Shown here piece by piece: positions 1 through 10,320 of a stretch of 64,000 bases of DNA. Origin of the DNA: Vicinamibacterales bacterium (lineage in GTDB: Bacteria > Acidobacteriota > Vicinamibacteria > Vicinamibacterales > UBA2999); NCBI GenBank assembly GCA_035293405.1, contig DATDOE010000062.1, positions 7,526 to 71,525 of the forward strand. The letters are read 5' to 3'. The notes under the pieces were generated by a model. That model ran no database searches. It was not told where the DNA came from and was given only the letters and a program-made list of their open reading frames with translations. The translations under genes and the position numbers were made by a program. How positions within the stretch are numbered: the stretch's first letter is position 1; the number at the start of each line of letters is the position of its first letter.

Positions 1-1
1 C

Positions 2-148
2 GGACAGCGGGATGAGGCGTTCGCCGAGCTCGAACGGGCCTGTGAAGAAAACTCCGCGTTCCTGTATTCGATCGACCTCGATCCCAGGATCGATGCCCTC
101 CGCGCCGACCCCCGTTTCGCGGCCGTGCGCAAGACGCTGGGAATTTGA
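2..148 (+). CDS. 3' end of a TPR-containing protein (kinase/wHTH-TolB-like family C-terminus), partial
   Basis: Frame 2 reads GQRDEAFAELERACEENSAFLYSIDLDPRIDALRADPRFAAVRKTLGI*, the typical 'LRxDPRF' tail; not in the ORF track. Confidence 0.6.
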   Translation, partial: GQRDEAFAELERACEENSAFLYSIDLDPRIDALRADPRFAAVRKTLGI

Positions 149-234
149 CGCCTTTTTTGCGGCGCCGGGACCTGAAGCCCCTGGACAGCGCGAAGTCGAT
201 GTGGAAGAGTTCGGCCAGAGTCGAGGGTTCACAC

Positions 235-1218
235 ATGAAGACCACACGTCTGGTGTCGATCGGCGCGTTGTGCGTGCTCAGCACGTTCTCCGTCTCGGGG
301 CAGGCTCCCTCGGCTCCCCGCACGCCATGGGGCGATCCCGATCTGCAGGGCACGTGGACGAGCGAGGCCGAGCTCAGCGTGCCATTCGAGCGGCCTCGTG
401 AGTTCGGTGATCGGCAGCTCCTCACGGATCAGGAGTTCACCACACGCCGGTCGCAAGTCCAGCGGCAGCTCGATAGCGACAACTCGGACTTCGATCTCGA
501 GACGGCCGACCGCTCCAACGCCGGTGCCGTTGGCTCGGCCACGTCCCCACCCCCGCATTGGTTGGAACGCGGCAAACCGTCGCGGCGCACATCGCTCGTC
601 ATCGACCCGCCCGACGGCCGGATCCCCGCGCTGACCGCTGAGGGTCAGCGGAGGGCTCAGGAAGCCCGCGGGACCTTCGGCGCCAACGGAGCGTTCAACA
701 ACGCCGCCTTCCGCGGCCCGGAAGACCTCAGCCTCTGGGAGCGCTGCATCGCGCGCGGCCTGCCCGGCGCCATCTTCCCCACCGTCTACAACGCCAACAC
801 CCGCATCGTCCAGGGGCCAGGGTACGTCGCCATCACCTACGAGATGATCCACGACACGCGCATCATCCCGACCGACAAACGCTCGCATCTGCCGGCGAGC
901 ATTCGCGGCTACTTCGGTGATTCACAAGGACGCTGGGACGGTGACACCCTGGTGGTGGACGTCACCAATTTCACGGACAGGACGGCGTATCGCGGCTCGC
1001 GCGACACACTGCACCTGATCGAGCGCTTCACCCGCGTGGGCTCGACGCTGCGTTATGAAGTGACGGTGGACGATCCGCACACCTGGACGAAGCCGTGGAC
1101 CGCGGCGCTGGACCTGACGCCGCAGCCGGAGACCATGTTCGAGTACGCCTGCCACGAGGGCAACAACTCGATGCGAAACATCCTCAGCGCGGCGAGGGCG
1201 GCGGAGAAGCGGCAGTAA
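235..1218 (+). CDS. Conserved secreted hypothetical protein (RTPWGDPDLQGxW ... EYACHEGN family)
   Basis: Signal-peptide-like N-terminus from ATG 235; motifs PRTPWGDPDLQGTW, GDSQGRWDGDTLVVD, EYACHEGN. Confidence 0.75.
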   Translation: MKTTRLVSIGALCVLSTFSVSGQAPSAPRTPWGDPDLQGTWTSEAELSVPFERPREFGDRQLLTDQEFTTRRSQVQRQLDSDNSDFDLETADRSNAGAVGSATSPPPHWLERGKPSRRTSLVIDPPDGRIPALTAEGQRRAQEARGTFGANGAFNNAAFRGPEDLSLWERCIARGLPGAIFPTVYNANTRIVQGPGYVAITYEMIHDTRIIPTDKRSHLPASIRGYFGDSQGRWDGDTLVVDVTNFTDRTAYRGSRDTLHLIERFTRVGSTLRYEVTVDDPHTWTKPWTAALDLTPQPETMFEYACHEGNNSMRNILSAARAAEKRQ

Positions 1219-1239
1219 TTCTGAATTGCATCGTCCGTT

Positions 1240-2625
<1,386 letters not shown>

Positions 2626-2628
2626 ACG

Positions 2629-4467
2629 CTACTCCAGGCCAAAGGCCAGCAGCACATTGCCAGGTCGACCGCCGAACGCACCGTATCCAGAATTCACGTA
2701 GACCATACCACCCGCCACGACAGGGCCCGGACCAATCATCGACGCGCCTCTCGCGGCGACACCATTGACCGATCGGAATTCCCGATTGGTGTCGAACTCC
2801 CACAGCACCGATCCTGTTGCCGCTGAATAGGCTCGCAGCGATCCGTCGTTCGAGCCGGAGAAGACAGCGCCAGGAATCGCGGTCACCGCGGCGGACTGCG
2901 CCGCGTTGCAGCCGCGCCCAGTGCCGCAGGTTGGCATCGCCGGTTGCGCGAACCAGGCGCGCTCTCCTGTCGCCAGGCGCACCGCGTGAATGCCGCCCGG
3001 CTTCGGCTGAGTGATGTCGGAGACCGCGAAGTAGGCGAAGTCGGCATCGACCGCGGCGCCCCACTCGATCCCGCCGAGCGTGCCGCCTTGTCCCGCACGG
3101 TACTGCCACAGCACTTCACCGTTGCGGTCGGGATCCAGCGCGAACGCCACGCCCGACTTCTGGCCGATCACGAGCACGTCCCTGCCGCCGGCATGGGCCA
3201 GCGCGGGCGGGCTGCCGAAGTCATGATCGGGCCCGACGACGTCAGGGCAGTTCGCGTTTCCCGCGCGGCACCCCGTGACGTAGATGTCGCCGGGCGTGAC
3301 CTGACGCGTCCACTGAATCTTTCCGGTCTTCAGATCGAGTGCCACCACCGCATCGCTCGAGGGATGCGGTGGACCGCTGTATCCGTTGCCGGTGGCGACG
3401 TAGAGGCGGCCCCGGCGCTGGTCCACGGTCGGCGCCGACCAGATTCCCGATCCGGACGGACCCCAGAGCGCGGCACCTTCGCTGCTCGTGCCGCGGCGTC
3501 GAGCCGGGTCGGCGATCATGTACGTCTTCCAGATCACGCCTCCCGTCGCCGCATCGAGCGCGACGATGCTGCCGCGGAAGGTGCAGCATTCGTAGCGGGG
3601 GTCTGCGCCCTGCGCTTCCTCATAGGACGCGACGGGGACATAGAGACGGCCGTCGTGCAGCGTGGGAGATCCGGTAATCCTCGCCAGCGCGTGATCGTCG
3701 ACCTTGCGCGTCCACACGACGTGTCCCGTATCAGCGTTCACCGCATAGGCGCTGGCCGCGGTGTCGCCAAAATACAGGCGGCCGGGAGACCTGGCGTCGC
3801 GAGGCCCCACCGCGATCGCGGTGCGCACGCCGCCCGCCGCGCTGAAGGTCCAGTGGATGCACCCGGTCTTCGCGTCGAGCGAATAGACCGTGCCGTTCTG
3901 ACTGCCCACGTAGACACGGCCGCCCGCGACGGTCGGCGCGGCCCACGCGACCGAGGCGTCAGGGAAGCCGAGCGCCCATTTGAGCGTGAGTCTGGGAATG
4001 TCGGCGACACGCAACGCCGCGACTTCGCTCGACTGAAATCGCGTGTTCGTGATCGTCGAGCTCCACCCGCGCCACGCCGGCTCACGTGCATCCTCACGGA
4101 TCGGCGCGGGCGTGGAGCAACGGCCCTTGTCTGCCCCGGTCACATCGCCGCCGATGGTCTTTCCCGTGACGAACTCCGCGACGGCGCGGCGATCAGGGCC
4201 GCTCAAACGCGAGCCCTGCGGGCGCATGGCTCCAATGACCAGGCTCTCGATGACGGCCTGCGGTGTGCGGGACTTCAGTGCGTCGAGACTCGGTGCGCGC
4301 GCGTCGACCGCGCCGTTATGACACGAGGCACAACTGGTCTGAAAGACGCGCGCGCCGTCGGAAGACTGCTGCGCCCAAACGGGAGGTACCACGCCCGGGA
4401 CCGCGAGCGCGAGGATCAGGACGAGGGCGAAAGGAAGGGTGTGAGCCGTACGCGCTGAGTCTAGCAC
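2629..4467 (-). CDS. Quinohemoprotein PQQ-dependent dehydrogenase (polyvinyl alcohol dehydrogenase-like) with N-terminal cytochrome c
   Basis: CASCH heme motif, repeated LDAxTG-W beta-propeller motifs, ECCTFRGS vicinal cysteines, DHDFG; start uncertain (GTG 4467 chosen). Confidence 0.85.
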   Translation of the reverse strand: MLDSARTAHTLPFALVLILALAVPGVVPPVWAQQSSDGARVFQTSCASCHNGAVDARAPSLDALKSRTPQAVIESLVIGAMRPQGSRLSGPDRRAVAEFVTGKTIGGDVTGADKGRCSTPAPIREDAREPAWRGWSSTITNTRFQSSEVAALRVADIPRLTLKWALGFPDASVAWAAPTVAGGRVYVGSQNGTVYSLDAKTGCIHWTFSAAGGVRTAIAVGPRDARSPGRLYFGDTAASAYAVNADTGHVVWTRKVDDHALARITGSPTLHDGRLYVPVASYEEAQGADPRYECCTFRGSIVALDAATGGVIWKTYMIADPARRRGTSSEGAALWGPSGSGIWSAPTVDQRRGRLYVATGNGYSGPPHPSSDAVVALDLKTGKIQWTRQVTPGDIYVTGCRAGNANCPDVVGPDHDFGSPPALAHAGGRDVLVIGQKSGVAFALDPDRNGEVLWQYRAGQGGTLGGIEWGAAVDADFAYFAVSDITQPKPGGIHAVRLATGERAWFAQPAMPTCGTGRGCNAAQSAAVTAIPGAVFSGSNDGSLRAYSAATGSVLWEFDTNREFRSVNGVAARGASMIGPGPVVAGGMVYVNSGYGAFGGRPGNVLLAFGLE

Positions 4468-4623
4468 CGGGCCGGAGCAGCAGTAGTCGGGTGCATGGAT
4501 TTGACGAATCTTTTCTCGTTTCTTGGCCACGGAAGACACGCGTTCTCCGTGGCTAAATACCTCGAGCGCACGTGTTTGACATAATTGAACCACCTTGCGC
4601 CAAAGGACGATACGTCAGTCGCA

Positions 4624-5820
4624 ATGAAGTCCATCCTGGCAACGGCACTCGTCGGCGTCCTGATCACGGCTGTGGTCACGGCCCAGCGCGGCAGGACGCC
4701 GGTCGTGCCGAGCCTGCCGTCGATCTCGATGACCTGCGTCCATCATCCCGACGTCATCGAGTCGCGCGCCGGTACCTGTCCGTACTGCAAGATGGCCCTG
4801 GTCCCGGTCCGGCTCGACTCCGCATGGATGTGCCCCATCCATTCCACGGTCACAGAATCCAATCCAGGCTCCTGCCGTCTCTGCCGCCGGCAACTGGTTC
4901 CGGTGACCGTCGCGCTGACGTGGAGGTGCCGTGCGGATTCGACCATCGAGCACGTTGAGCCAGGCACATGCACTGATGGCTCACCCCGGATCGCGCATCG
5001 GACGCTCCGCCCGCACGGCAATCACAACCCGCAGCACGGCGGCCAGTTCTTCATGGCACCGGACAGCTGGCATCACCTCGAGGGTGTCTATCCCTCGGCA
5101 CGCGTCTTCCGCCTCTACATGTACGACGACTTCGGCCGTCCCCTGTCGGCCGAGAAGATGTCGAGCGTGAAGGCGCGCGTGGTGACCAGGGAAACGTTCG
5201 ATCCAGCGACGCGGAAGACCACCGAGCTCTCGGCGTTTTCGCTCGAGGCTCGGCGCAACCGTCCGTACCTCGAAGCACGTGTCGATACGCTTCCGCTTCC
5301 TGCGGAGATGAGCGCGAAGGTGAAGTTCTCGGACGACCAGCCGGAGTACCGCTTCGATTTCACATTCACCGCCTTGTCGAAGGAACCCGCCGCACCGGCG
5401 CCCCGCGCGAGGCAAACACAACCCGTCGCCCAGGCGGTCGCGCCCGCGGCGGCGGTCCCGGCGCCCGGGACGGACACCAGCCTCACTCCGCTGCCGATCC
5501 CCGACACGATGAGCGGCATCCTGGAACAGCTGCGGATGCGTGACAAACAGGTCAGCGAGCTGATCGCGCGCGGCGACTTCGGCGCGGTGTGGGTGCCGGC
5601 GTTCCAGGCAAAGGATCTCGCGATCGCGCTCGAGCCGCACCTCGCACATCTCTCCACCGCGAGGCGCGAAACCGGGGAGCCGGCGCTGGCCCGAGTGGTG
5701 CGCGCTGCGTGGCTGCTTGACGCCTCGGGTGACATCGGCAACCGGCGTCAGATCGAATCCGCGTATGCGGCGTTCACGGCTGCGGTGACCGAGGTCATCG
5801 TGGCCTTCGGTGGGCAATAA
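4624..5820 (+). CDS. Secreted heavy-metal-binding-domain repeat protein
   Basis: [36 protein letters not shown], third degenerate repeat, His-rich [16 protein letters not shown]. Confidence 0.75.
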   Translation: MKSILATALVGVLITAVVTAQRGRTPVVPSLPSISMTCVHHPDVIESRAGTCPYCKMALVPVRLDSAWMCPIHSTVTESNPGSCRLCRRQLVPVTVALTWRCRADSTIEHVEPGTCTDGSPRIAHRTLRPHGNHNPQHGGQFFMAPDSWHHLEGVYPSARVFRLYMYDDFGRPLSAEKMSSVKARVVTRETFDPATRKTTELSAFSLEARRNRPYLEARVDTLPLPAEMSAKVKFSDDQPEYRFDFTFTALSKEPAAPAPRARQTQPVAQAVAPAAAVPAPGTDTSLTPLPIPDTMSGILEQLRMRDKQVSELIARGDFGAVWVPAFQAKDLAIALEPHLAHLSTARRETGEPALARVVRAAWLLDASGDIGNRRQIESAYAAFTAAVTEVIVAFGGQ

Positions 5821-5823
5821 GCG

Positions 5824-7011
5824 ATGCCGCGAGCCACGCACGTCATGCTCGTGGCCGCGCTGGTGACTGGGGCTCTTGCTCTCAGCGTCGCCCGCGGCGA
5901 CGCGCACAAACCGATCACCTCGCCCTACACCTACAACGAGGATGTGTTCCCGATCCTGCGCGACCGCTGCGGACGCTGCCATGTGAGCGGCGGCGTCGCT
6001 CCGATGTCGCTCATGACCCACGCCGACACAGTGCCGTGGGGAGAATCGATCCGCACCGAGCTGCTCGCCGGACAGATGCCCCCGTGGAGCGTCGACTCTG
6101 CGCCGGGGCGATTCCACAACGTCCAGGGACTCACGCCTCGCGAGCTGAACACGATCCTGACGTGGGTCACCGGTGGCACGCCGCTCGGTGACCCCGACAA
6201 GAGTCCGCCTCCGATGACGCACGACAACAGCTGGCGGCTTGGCGCACCGGATCTCACGCTGCCGTTCCCTGCGGAATTCACACTCCTGGCCGACGCCCGG
6301 GAACGAACCGCCGAGCTCATCATCCCGACCGGCATCACCGGGGGCCGGCGAGTCCGGGCGATCGATCTGAGGCCGGGGCGTCCAGAGATCGTGCGCGCCG
6401 CCCAGATCTTCGTACGATCGTCTTCGTCATCCTTGGGTGGAGGCGCATACAACGAGCCCGTGCTTGCCCTCTGGCTGCCGGGCGACGAGCCGGTCGCGCT
6501 CGACGAAGGGCTTGGCTTCGATCTGCCTCCATCGTCGGAGCTCGTCGTGCACGTGCTCTACAGAAAAACATGGGAGTACGAGCGACAGGAGATGCGCGAC
6601 CGCAGCACCGTGGGCGTGTATTTCGCGCCGACAGCCGCGACACCCCTTCAGGCACTCACGCTGTCGCCTGACACGCCCGATCGACGGGTCTTTCGCCGCA
6701 CGCTGCCCAACGACGTGCGGGTCATCGGCATCTACCCGAACGCGGGCTACACGAACACGGCCGTGAAGGTCACCGCCATTCGACCGGACGGAACACGCGC
6801 CGAGCTGATCGCGTTTCACCCTCGACCGGATTGGGCGCGGCGCTATTGGCTTCGCGAGCCTGTACCGCTGCCGCTGGGCACGACGATCGAGGTCAACGCA
6901 TCATTCGACGATGAAGCGCCGATGCTGCCGCTGAGCGCCGCCCCCAGCGCCGCGGCACGACCGGATCTGTCGCGCCTTCGAGTGACGCTGAACATCGTGC
7001 CCGGACGCTGA
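5824..7011 (+). CDS. Cytochrome c + monooxygenase-fold paralogue lacking Cu ligands
   Basis: CGRCH, APMSL, MPPW shared with 1240-2625, but HH, HxH and EM motifs are absent. Confidence 0.7.
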   Translation: MPRATHVMLVAALVTGALALSVARGDAHKPITSPYTYNEDVFPILRDRCGRCHVSGGVAPMSLMTHADTVPWGESIRTELLAGQMPPWSVDSAPGRFHNVQGLTPRELNTILTWVTGGTPLGDPDKSPPPMTHDNSWRLGAPDLTLPFPAEFTLLADARERTAELIIPTGITGGRRVRAIDLRPGRPEIVRAAQIFVRSSSSSLGGGAYNEPVLALWLPGDEPVALDEGLGFDLPPSSELVVHVLYRKTWEYERQEMRDRSTVGVYFAPTAATPLQALTLSPDTPDRRVFRRTLPNDVRVIGIYPNAGYTNTAVKVTAIRPDGTRAELIAFHPRPDWARRYWLREPVPLPLGTTIEVNASFDDEAPMLPLSAAPSAAARPDLSRLRVTLNIVPGR

Positions 7012-7198
7012 CACTTCGCGTCCGGCTGAAACGGTCCGCGCTCTGACAGACGTTGCGCGGCTGTGTCGAAGGCGACCATGTAGGCGGCAACGTTGCCGTC
7101 AATGTGGTGAGTCTTCCGGTCCTCCCATTCTTGGTGTCATAACACTTCCTGTGAGGGGTGGCATTCGACGGCGTCGCCAAGAAGCCGTCATCAACGTG

Positions 7199-8362
7199 TC
7201 ATGTGAGCGGAGGCGGCCGCCTCGGAGCGGGGCCGGCCAGGATCCGGATGTCGTCCGGCGAGACGCCGATGCTGTACTCACCGGTACCGCGGCGCGCCCG
7301 CGCTTCATAGGTTCGCGAGGCTGCCCCGAGAGCGCCCTTGAGCTGACGTTTGGCCTTGGACATGTATCCTCGAAGCCCGTCCAAGTCGGCCTCGAGCCCG
7401 CCTTTCAGCACGGCCGAGAACTCGTCGCCGTCGCGCGGAAAGAGCGCGTGATGATAGGCGCGCAGGCAGCGCTCCACCTCCTGGAGACGAGCCGCATCCT
7501 CGACATCCGGCTTGAACCGGTGCTGTCCGCGCGCCTCAAATTCGAGGGCACGCGCAAGCGCGCCCGCCGGCAGAGGGCCGTAACCCTCGGTGCCCAGTCG
7601 AGCGACCGAGTAGTACCAGAAGAACTGGCGTGGCTGAAGACGCACTTCCACATCGCCGATGCGCAGGCTCAGCGTCCTTGGATCGACGGTCAGCGGAGGC
7701 GGGGCAACGCCCCAAGCCGCCTCTCGCTTGCGGAGGCGAACGATCTCAGCCCATGGGAGATTGCGCTTCAGCGTATCGGTCGTCGTGATCGTCAGGAGCG
7801 GAATCTCGATGTAGGCGAGCTGGTCCTGTTCAGGAATCGTCTGGCCATCGATTCTGACCGCGCCCCGCGGATAGAAGTAGTCGAGGCGCCGTCGCTTGTC
7901 GACGATCTGGCGCTCGATGGCCGGGTGGACGAGCAGGTGGAACAGCTTGTCCTCCGGGCGTCCGGCAATCTGCATCATCGCGTTCAGGTACAGGCTCATG
8001 ACCTTCCTTCCGCCCGACGCAATGGCGTGCACCGTGGCGTCCTTGTCGGAGCAGATACGGCGGACGATGTCGAGCATCCGCTGGGCAAGCGCGTCGCCAT
8101 CCGCCGTCGTCAGGACATCGTCAATCGGCGCACCGTCTGCGCCGGTGAAGACGTGAATCGTCGACGGGCCGAACTTCACGGCGCGACGGGAAGGACCAAG
8201 GTCTGTGCAGAGGCGAACGAACGCACCACGAGGACCCAGAACCGTAGCCTTCAGGACTTTGGCCCCTGCCACAGTCGTGAGCACATGGACTTGGTCGAAG
8301 GTAATACCAGTGGAATGACCGCGCCCCAGGCTCAGACGACCTTCGCGCGGAGCTCCAGGGTT
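7199..8362 (-). pseudogene. NE0113/Csm6-like CARF-domain protein with C-terminal winged helix, 5'-truncated
   Basis: FDQVHVLTT, IDDVLT, VHAIASGGRKVMS, GRPEDKLFHLLV motifs; frame closed by TGA at 8363-8365 before the expected N-terminal GxSPxxxTET strand. Confidence 0.7.
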
Positions 8363-8463
8363 TCAAGGCGTTCGACGATCGACGAGAGGCCAAGTCCCGC
8401 GGCTGATCTGTTCCCGGCGTACAGCGACAACAGTCTGCACTCCGATGCCGCCGCGTACGCGCC

Positions 8464-9180
8464 TCAGCTGCGCTCGCCGACGATCCGGGGCAGCGCACCA
8501 CGCAGTGTGGCGCGGTGGGGGACGTACGCGGAATCGTCGAACCAGCCGATGGCTCCGCTCTCGTGGACAAACGCCAGGCCTACTTCGACACGGGCGGTTC
8601 CCGCGCGCTCGATCTCCACTTCGGCGCGGGCCGCCAGGTCCAGCCAGCGCGACTTGAGGATCTGGGGCTCCATCGACGCCCCCATCGCCCGCAAATCGGC
8701 GGGATCCACACGGGAGTGCCGCTGCATCTGACTGAGTAAGAGCAGCGGACCGAATCCAGGATCTTTCGAGCAGGCCGCCCAGATGACCGCATGCAGCGGA
8801 CAGCGCGCCGCGTAATTGACGATGTCGACGAGATCGCGGGTCTCGGCCCGGCCGCCCATGGCAAGCGCTTTGTTGGTCAGGGCGTCGAACCAGTGGAGCT
8901 TCCATCCGAGCAGGGCGTCCGGTTCGATCGGGAAGAACCGCCACGCCGAGTCGTAGCACCACTCGAGCCGAACGCCTTCCTCGCCACGGGTGATCCACGC
9001 GCGACGAAACGACGGCGTCCAGACTTCTCGCGACGAGGAGTAGCCGGCGGCCTCGAGCGTCGCGACGTCAGCGTCGCTGGCGCGCACGTTCAACGCGATG
9101 CCGCCCGCGACGAAGCTCTCCGGGGAACGATTGGCCGCCAGGAGGGTCAGGAGACCCGTCTGAAAGGGTGTTAGAGGCAC
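8464..9180 (-). CDS. AbiEii/AbiGii-like nucleotidyltransferase, apparent internal deletion
   Basis: MPLTPFQ..LAANRSPESFVAGGIALN, DSAWRFFP, NKALA..GRAETRDLVD; the RxSxDxD segment expected after AGG is missing. Confidence 0.65.
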   Translation of the reverse strand: MPLTPFQTGLLTLLAANRSPESFVAGGIALNVRASDADVATLEAAGYSSSREVWTPSFRRAWITRGEEGVRLEWCYDSAWRFFPIEPDALLGWKLHWFDALTNKALAMGGRAETRDLVDIVNYAARCPLHAVIWAACSKDPGFGPLLLLSQMQRHSRVDPADLRAMGASMEPQILKSRWLDLAARAEVEIERAGTARVEVGLAFVHESGAIGWFDDSAYVPHRATLRGALPRIVGERS

Positions 9181-9250
9181 CGATCGATCTCGGTCGCCGC
9201 CCGCCACGCCCGTATGGAGCCGCGCTGCCTGAGCTGGCGGACGACTATAG
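9171..9250 (-). pseudogene. Probable C-terminal remnant of the small partner gene of the nucleotidyltransferase
   Basis: VVRQLRQRGSIRAWRAATEIDRCL* overlaps the GTG start of the NTase (translational coupling); no N-terminus, qor lies directly upstream. Confidence 0.35.
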
Positions 9251-9274
9251 CGACGCGGCGGAGGGGCGGAGGCC

Positions 9275-10243
9275 CTACTGCAGCAGCACCTTGCCGGTGG
9301 TCCGCCGCGCTTCGAGTTCCCGGTGGGCTGCTGCCGCGTCGGCCATCGGAAACACGTGCCCGATGCGAATCTTCAGTGCGCCGCTCGCCAGCCATTCAAA
9401 GATGGCTTTGGCCCGCGTGAGCAACTCGTCCCGCGTCGCCATGTACTGAAGCAATCCTGGCCGCGTCAGGAAGAGTGACCCTTTCGTACCGAGCGTCGCT
9501 GGATCGAAGGGCGGCACCATGCCGCTCGAGAAACCAAACAACGCGAGCATCCCGCGCGGGCGAAGGCAATTCAGGCTCCTGTCGAAGGTGTCCTTCCCGA
9601 CCGAGTCATAGACGACGTCCACGCCGCGGCCGTCGGTCAGTCGTCGCACCTCCGCTTCGAAGTCCTGCTTCGAATAGATGATCACGTCGTGCGCGCCGGC
9701 CTGTCGCGCCAGTTCGCCTTTCGCGTCGGTGCCTGCCGTCGCGATGACCCGCGCGCCGAGCAGGCGGGCCACTTGCGTGACGACCGACCCGACGCCGCCC
9801 GCGGCCGCGTGGACCAGCGCCGTGTCTCCCGCCTTCAGCGGAAACGTACTGTGCGTGAGGTAATGCGCCGTGAGGCCTTGGAGCATTGCGCCCGCCGCGA
9901 CCTGCATGTCGAGTCCTGGAGGCAGCGGGACGAGCTTCCATGCGGGCACGACCGCGTACTCGGCGTACGACCCCAACGCCATGGCATAGCCGACGCGGTC
10001 GCCGACTCGGACTTCGGTCACGTCCGTTCCGATCTCGGTCACGACTCCCGACGCCTCTGCCCCGATGACAAACGGCAGCGCCGGCACCTTGAGGCGTCCC
10101 GTGCGATATTGGACGTCCAGATAGTTGAGGCCCGACGCCGCGATCTTCACGACCGCTTCCCCGGCGCCGGGCCGCGGGACGTCGACGTCCTCGTACTGAA
10201 GAACCTCCGGACCTCCGAACGCGTGCACACGAACAGCTTTCAT
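9275..10243 (-). CDS. qor: NADPH:quinone oxidoreductase (zeta-crystallin/MDR family)
   Basis: GGPEVL, HAAAGGVG, YDSVGKDT, KGSLFLTRP, RRTTGKVLL. Confidence 0.92.
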   Translation of the reverse strand: MKAVRVHAFGGPEVLQYEDVDVPRPGAGEAVVKIAASGLNYLDVQYRTGRLKVPALPFVIGAEASGVVTEIGTDVTEVRVGDRVGYAMALGSYAEYAVVPAWKLVPLPPGLDMQVAAGAMLQGLTAHYLTHSTFPLKAGDTALVHAAAGGVGSVVTQVARLLGARVIATAGTDAKGELARQAGAHDVIIYSKQDFEAEVRRLTDGRGVDVVYDSVGKDTFDRSLNCLRPRGMLALFGFSSGMVPPFDPATLGTKGSLFLTRPGLLQYMATRDELLTRAKAIFEWLASGALKIRIGHVFPMADAAAAHRELEARRTTGKVLLQ

Positions 10244-10320
10244 CGAATCTCCCTGGCCGCAGATCCTCTCCGCGCCTCCGCGTCTCCGCGGCTTGTGGAC
10301 GTAAAGACGTTTCTAACCGA

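Noticed and set aside
7012-7198. CRISPR array or leader next to the CARF gene
   Set aside because: No repeat-spacer periodicity here or anywhere in the window
7151-8731. 526-aa plus-strand ORF and similar long ORFs (2944-4458, 31826-33988, 38425-40305)
   Set aside because: Antisense shadows of well-supported genes, expected in high-GC DNA; no motifs
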